Positions 54,267 to 60,704 of a stretch of 64,000 nt of DNA are shown piece after piece (within the stretch, counting starts at the first letter, position 1; each line of letters opens with the position of its first letter). A program made the translations under genes and the position numbers. The notes under the pieces are model-generated. The model was not told the origin of the DNA. It ran no database searches and saw only the letters and a program-made list of their open reading frames with translations. The stretch is from Octopus bimaculoides (lineage: Eukaryota), in the NCBI RefSeq assembly GCF_001194135.2, contig NC_068981.1, positions 192,529,101-192,593,100 on the forward strand, read 5' to 3'.

Positions 54267-54387
54267 TATTATTATTATTATTCAGTAGTTTTATTTTTAT
54301 AGCGTGCTTTCACTTCACTACTGAGCGCAGCTCTGTGTGCCTTGGGTACGTGCTGTGGTTTGCTGTGATGCTCTTATGGTTACTGTA

Positions 54388-54422
<35 letters not shown>

Positions 54423-54807
54423 GAAAAACTCACAGCTTATTTTGCTGGGTATGATGAAAAGTGTCATCTGTCCACAGCCCGCAGACTGAGGTGACACTTC
54501 TTTACTGGTCATGCTTCAAGAACCCTTTAAAGAATTCCTGCAGTCCCAAGCAATGCTGACTTTTGTAGGTGTTCTACCTTCACATTTGTACTGATCTTTT
54601 TCAGCCATGTTGGTAGTTGAGTGCTGATACTTCCAAGTGCACCAATTACTATTGGTAACACGTCTACTCTCTTCTTTGACCACAACCTTCGTATTTCCCA
54701 CTTCAATTCGTCATAGTTGTTTATTTCTTCTTCTTCTTTCACATTGATCCTGTTGTCTCTGGGGCATGCTATGTCGATTATCATACATGTTCTTACCATC
54801 ATCATCA

Positions 54808-54859
<52 letters not shown>

Positions 54860-55019
54860 CATTATCATCAATGTTATTTCCAGACACCAGCCTGTTGTTA
54901 TGGATATTATGGACCTGAATGCGACGGTAAGTAAATCAAAGATGCATTTCTTTAAATAAGAGCTTTAGAGCATCAAATGAAAATCATGTGGCGTGCATGG
55001 TAGTATATCTGTTCATGTA

Positions 55020-55053
<34 letters not shown>

Positions 55054-58000
55054 TATGCAAGTATGTATGTGTGTGTGTGTGTGTATACATATATATATAT
55101 ATATATAAGCAATGTTAATTCTCTAAATGAAGTATTAACAGTAACTGCACGATAAAGTGTAGTATATTGCCACTTAAGTGTGGCTGACCCCTAGGGGTGG
55201 ATGTTACTGTTGCTTTTATATATATATNNNNNNNNNNNNNNNNNNNNNNNNNNNNNNNNNNNNNNNNNNNNNNNNNNNNNNNNNNNNNNNNNNNNNNNNN
55301 NNNNNNNNNNNNNNNNNNNNNNNNNNNNNNNNNNNNNNNNNNNNNNNNNNNNNNNNNNNNNNNNNNNNNGGCACATAAAAGACACCATTTCGAGCGTGGC
55401 CGTTTTCGTGCGGGTGACACGTAAAAGCACCCACTACACTCTCTGAGTGGTTGGCGTTAGGAAGGGCATCCAGCTGTAGAAACTCTGCCAAATTAGACTG
55501 GAGCCTGGTGTTGCCATCCGGTTTCACCAGTCCTCAGTCAAATCGTCCAACCCATGCTAGCATGGAAAGCGGACGTTAAACGATGATGATGATGATGATG
55601 ATATATATAAATAAACTAATATGTTTAAATATACAATATTGCAAATAATAAATTGATAACCACAATCACAAGCTGAAATTTAATAAAACAGAAAAGTTCT
55701 TTTGCCTTTTTTCTTTGTTTCCAGAATGTCCTGGTGGTGCCGATTACCCATGTTCTGGTCAAGGGAATTGTTCTGATGGTTTGGATGGAACTGGTCTCTG
55801 CAGTTGCAAAGCAAACTTCACATCCTCTGATTGTTCAACATATGTAGCTGGGAATACAAGACCTGATTATAGTAAGAACTATTATGGAACAATTATTTCA
55901 TAGAGGAATCGTTTTTAACATTTTAAAACATACAAACACACTTACAGTCACTTTTGCTTTATTTTGTGACAGTGTTGTGCATCTATGACCTGATCAGTAG
56001 CAAAACTCAGCTGTATCTGTTGATAGTCTTTGAACACAAGCATATATTTGCAATGGTGACCATGTCATAGATGTATTATGAAACTTCTTTGAAATTTTAT
56101 TACAGACAATACTGCCATGAAATAAATAAACAAAATGTAACTGTATATGTTTATTATGACTCTTTAACAATTAATTTTAATAATAAATATTAGATAAGTC
56201 ATTGAAAAGATCACAGATGTATGGTGAAGAAACTTTTATAAACTAAACCAATTATAGTATTTGCTTGTGCATAAGTTGCACACATGTGTATAAGTTGCAC
56301 TCTTGATTTAGTGTTAAATGTTAGAACAAAATTTTTTCTCTTCATATTCAAACATTGCTCCATGTATAAGTTGCATCCCAGTTTTTCAGTTAAAATCAAG
56401 TATACATGAGTGAATATGGTGATAAAGAAGTGAACTACAACCAGTACATGTATTTTTACTGGCAGAATGACCTTCCCCTAGTACAACAATATCTGGGATT
56501 GAACACAATTCCACATCAAGAATCTTGTGAAATAAATACAAGAATTATTTTTTAAGATTTCAGAATCTTTTTATGCTGTTTTTTGTTTTGCAGATGACAA
56601 ATGTGGAGGATGTCATCCTTCTAGTGAATGCAAACAAAACCAAGACTCTGAATGGACGTGTGAATGTGGTGACAGCTATGTTCTCACTAACGAGGGTGAA
56701 TGTCGTTCTCCATGCACAATTGCTAATGGCAATTGTCATCAGAATGCACTTTGTTCTTTTGGTCCTGAAGAAAAGGTAAGAAGGCAGTCCTTCACATAAT
56801 TAATCAGGTATATGAATTATTGAACCAATTTAAATTGCTTCTACTCTTGGAAACATTTCTGTGTCAAATAATTTGTTATATAAAATTATTATCTGTAATT
56901 AGGCAGAAAATTGGCTTCACTTATGTACTTTTACTTGTTTCAGTCATTTGACTGCAGCCATGCTGGTGCACCACCTTGAAGGGTTATAACTGAACAAATC
57001 AACCCCAAGACTTATTTTTTAAAGCCTAGTACTTATTTTATTAGTCTCTTTTGCTGAACCACTAAGTTATGGAGACGTAAACACACCAATACCAGTTGTC
57101 AAGTGGTGGTGGAGGGACAAACACAAAACATGTACACACACACGATAGACTTCTTTTAGTTTCCATCTACCAAATCCACTCACAAGGCCTTGGTTGGCCT
57201 GAGGCTATTGTAGAAGACACTTTCCCTAGGTGCCCTGCAACAGGACTATTCATATCAAAGCAAGATTTCTGACTATTCCTCTTCATCATGGAACCAAATG
57301 GTCATGTAATATGAATGAATCAAACCATTCCCAGATGATGATGACGATGATGATGATGATGATGAGGATGATGATGATCATCATCATCATCATTTAACAT
57401 CTGTTTTCCATGCTGGCATGGGTTGAACAGCTTGACAGGAACTGGTAAGGCCAAGGGCTGCATCAGGCTCCATTGTCTGTTTTGGCTTGGTTTCTACAGC
57501 TAGATGCCCTTCCTAATGCCAACCACTCCACAGAGTGTACTGGGTTTTTTTTTATGTGGCACCATCACAGGTACTTTTTATATGACACCAGCACCCACGC
57601 TAGTGCTTTTTGTATGGCTCCTTAGTTTTAGGATCTGTTCTGCTGTGGTGGGCAAGTCTTCTCAAGCACAGCAATGTGTCACATATCTTGGGCCCCTGTC
57701 GTCTCCTTCGTAAGGTTCAGTGTTTTGAGATCAGTCTTCAAAATTTCATCCCATGCCTTCCTGGGGTCTCCCTCTTCCACAATTTCTCCCCACTTTAAGT
57801 TATCAGCACATCTTTATGCAGCTGTCCTCATTCATCTGCAAATTAAGTTTACAAATGAATTTTACATATTTCAATTTCTGTGAATTACTTCCATATTTTT
57901 TGCTTTTCTGTTTTTTTTCTTCTTTTTTTTAAAAAATTTTTTCCTTCCATCAGATCAGTGGTCATGCAAAGTGCGTCTGCAGAAGTGGTTACCATGGTGA

Positions 58001-60657
58001 TGGACTCAACTTTTGCCAACCAATTGTTAATCTATGTAATATGAACAATGGCAATTGTTCACCTCGAGCTGAATGTACTTTCATTCCTCCTTCAGGTACA
58101 TTTTATCTTCTCAAACACAAATTTACAAAACATATAAATCCCATCAAATATATTCCATATAATACAAATAATCTAATATAAATTATTGCATGTATGTGCA
58201 TTCACACCTCCACCATTACACATGCACATACACACACACACACATGCACACGCACACACACACACACTCCTACACTCACTCCCACATACATATGAAAAAG
58301 GTAAAGGTTGACAGTGGCTTTTAAATTTTGCTAGTCATTAATTTCATCAGTCTGATAAAACCAATGACTAACGAAACTTTGAAGTCACTATCAACAACTT
58401 CCACTTCCATTTCAGACCAGATGACCAGTCTTTGCATGTTTTTAAAGCCAATTGTCAACTGACCAGTTTGTTCCTTGTCTTTTGCTCTTATTTTAGCCAA
58501 TGCCATTGTCGCTGGTCAAGTAAAATGTGAATGTTACCCATCTTATATTGGTAATGGCACCACATGCAACCGAGACATTTTAAGTACATTGGAATATATG
58601 CCAAGTATGCGCCTCTTTTGTGATGTAAGTATTTTTTCAACTCTCATTCAGTTTTAAAACATGAATGGCTTCTGTAAAGCCAGATCTGCTGGTGACCTGC
58701 AGTCTTTTCACTGAACGTTGAGTACTAACCCTGAAGAAATTTACAACTGAATAAAAGCAAAAACCAGAGTTGTGTGATAAGGGGGTGACTGGAAGCTGAT
58801 GCTAAAGAGATTATTCTTTTATTCTTTTAGTCATTTGACTGTGGCCATGCTGGAGCACCACCTTTAGTCAAACANNNNNNNNNNNNNNNNNNNNNNNNNN
58901 NNNNNNNNNNNNNNNNNNNNNNNNNNNNNNNNNNNNNNNNNNNNNNNNNNNNNNNNNNNNNNNNNNNNNNNNNNNNNNNNNNNNNNNNNNNNNNNNNNNN
59001 NNNNNNNNNNNNNNNNNNNNNNNNNNNNNNNNNNNNNNNNNNNNNNNNNNNNNNNNNNNNNNNNNNNNNNNNNNNNNNNNNNNNNNNNNNTATATACATA
59101 CATACATACACACACACACAACAGGCTTCGTTCAGTTTTCGTCTATCAAATTCACTCACAAAGCTTTGGTTCGTCCGAGGCTATAGTAGAAGACACTTGC
59201 CTAAGGTGCCATGTAGTGGGACTGAACCTGTGATTGGTAAGGAAGCTACTTACCACACAGCCACTCCTGCACCTATGTGCCTATCATTTTATCATAGTAA
59301 AACACTGAAGCCTTCCCACCAGAATCTATCAAGTTGTATACATAAAATAACAGCAGAATATATGAAGACTGTAAAGAAATAATTGACCAAGACTTAGCCA
59401 AGTTCAAAATTATACAAAAACAAAAGAGCAAAAGACAGAGACAGGTGCTGGAACAATTAGTTTGAGATTAAGATAAAATGGAAAAGTTTTTGATGTTTCG
59501 AGCCTATGCTCTTCTTCACTAGAGTGGTCAAAGTGCTTTTATAAGTTGAATATATGTGTGTGTGTATATGTTTGTATATTAATTTACAGAAGAGTGATCA
59601 GTTGACCAAATTTCGTAAGTTATGTATAAAATGCCTTGTGGTATTTGTTCTGTTTCTTTTTATGTTCTAAATTGAAATTCCTCTAAGGTTAACTTAGCCT
59701 TTCATTCCTCTGGTTTTGATAAAATAAATACTAGCCAAGCACTGATGTCAATATAATTGGCTGTTTCTGCAACACGAATTTCTAGCTTTGTGCCTTTCTC
59801 AGGAATCAGTATTAATTTGTGATAAAAGACAATATTGATAAAGTTAATTCTTGAAAGTTTAATGTCATTCTTACCAAAATACACAAAACAAAATAAAATA
59901 AAAAAACCTACATCAATTTGTTTTGTCTTTCAGCTTCTAATATTGAGGGATGTATCCAATGATAAACAAAGAAGTGATTTAATACAAATGTTGGAAAATA
60001 TTAACCAAAACATAACGGTATTTGTACCTGTAAATGGATTAGACTATAATCATGTAAGATAAACCTTAATTTCCTTTGTCTTATCTTATTCTCAGACTAT
60101 TGATTCGATTAAACATTTGTAGAGTTAATTATCAACATGAGCGTGGTCATTGCGAGTGCCGCTGGGCTGGCTCCTGTGCAGGTAGCATGTAAAAACACCT
60201 TTTGAGCATGGTCGTTGCCAGAACCGTTCGACTGGCCATCATGCCGGTTTCACATAGAAGTACCCACTACACTCTTAAAGTGGTTGGCGTTAGGAAGGGC
60301 ATCCAGCTGTAGAAACCTTGCCAAATCAGATTGGAGACTGGTGCAGCCTCCCGGCTTGCTAGTTCTCAGTCAAACCACCCAACCCATACCAGCATGGAAA
60401 GTGGACATTAAACGATGATGACTGGTGCAATAATATGATGCTTCCACAACAATTTTTCATAGTGTGTACCAAACTTCAATTGCTACCAAAAATTTATCAA
60501 TTTATTTTTTGAGATGATCAACAATGTGATTAATATTGCAGAATATTCAATAACTAAATCAAATACTAACAAGTATTTTACATATTCTACAATATCTATA
60601 ATGCTTTGGGTGAAAAAATAAAACTGCTATCTATCTATCTATCTATCTATCTATATA

Positions 60658-60704
<47 letters not shown>

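Noticed and set aside
56674-56676. AGC (Ser) in CECGDSY, where EGF domains often have Gly (A-to-G would give GGC)
   Set aside because: A single site at a tolerant position; Ser is common there, so it is not evidence of editing on its own.
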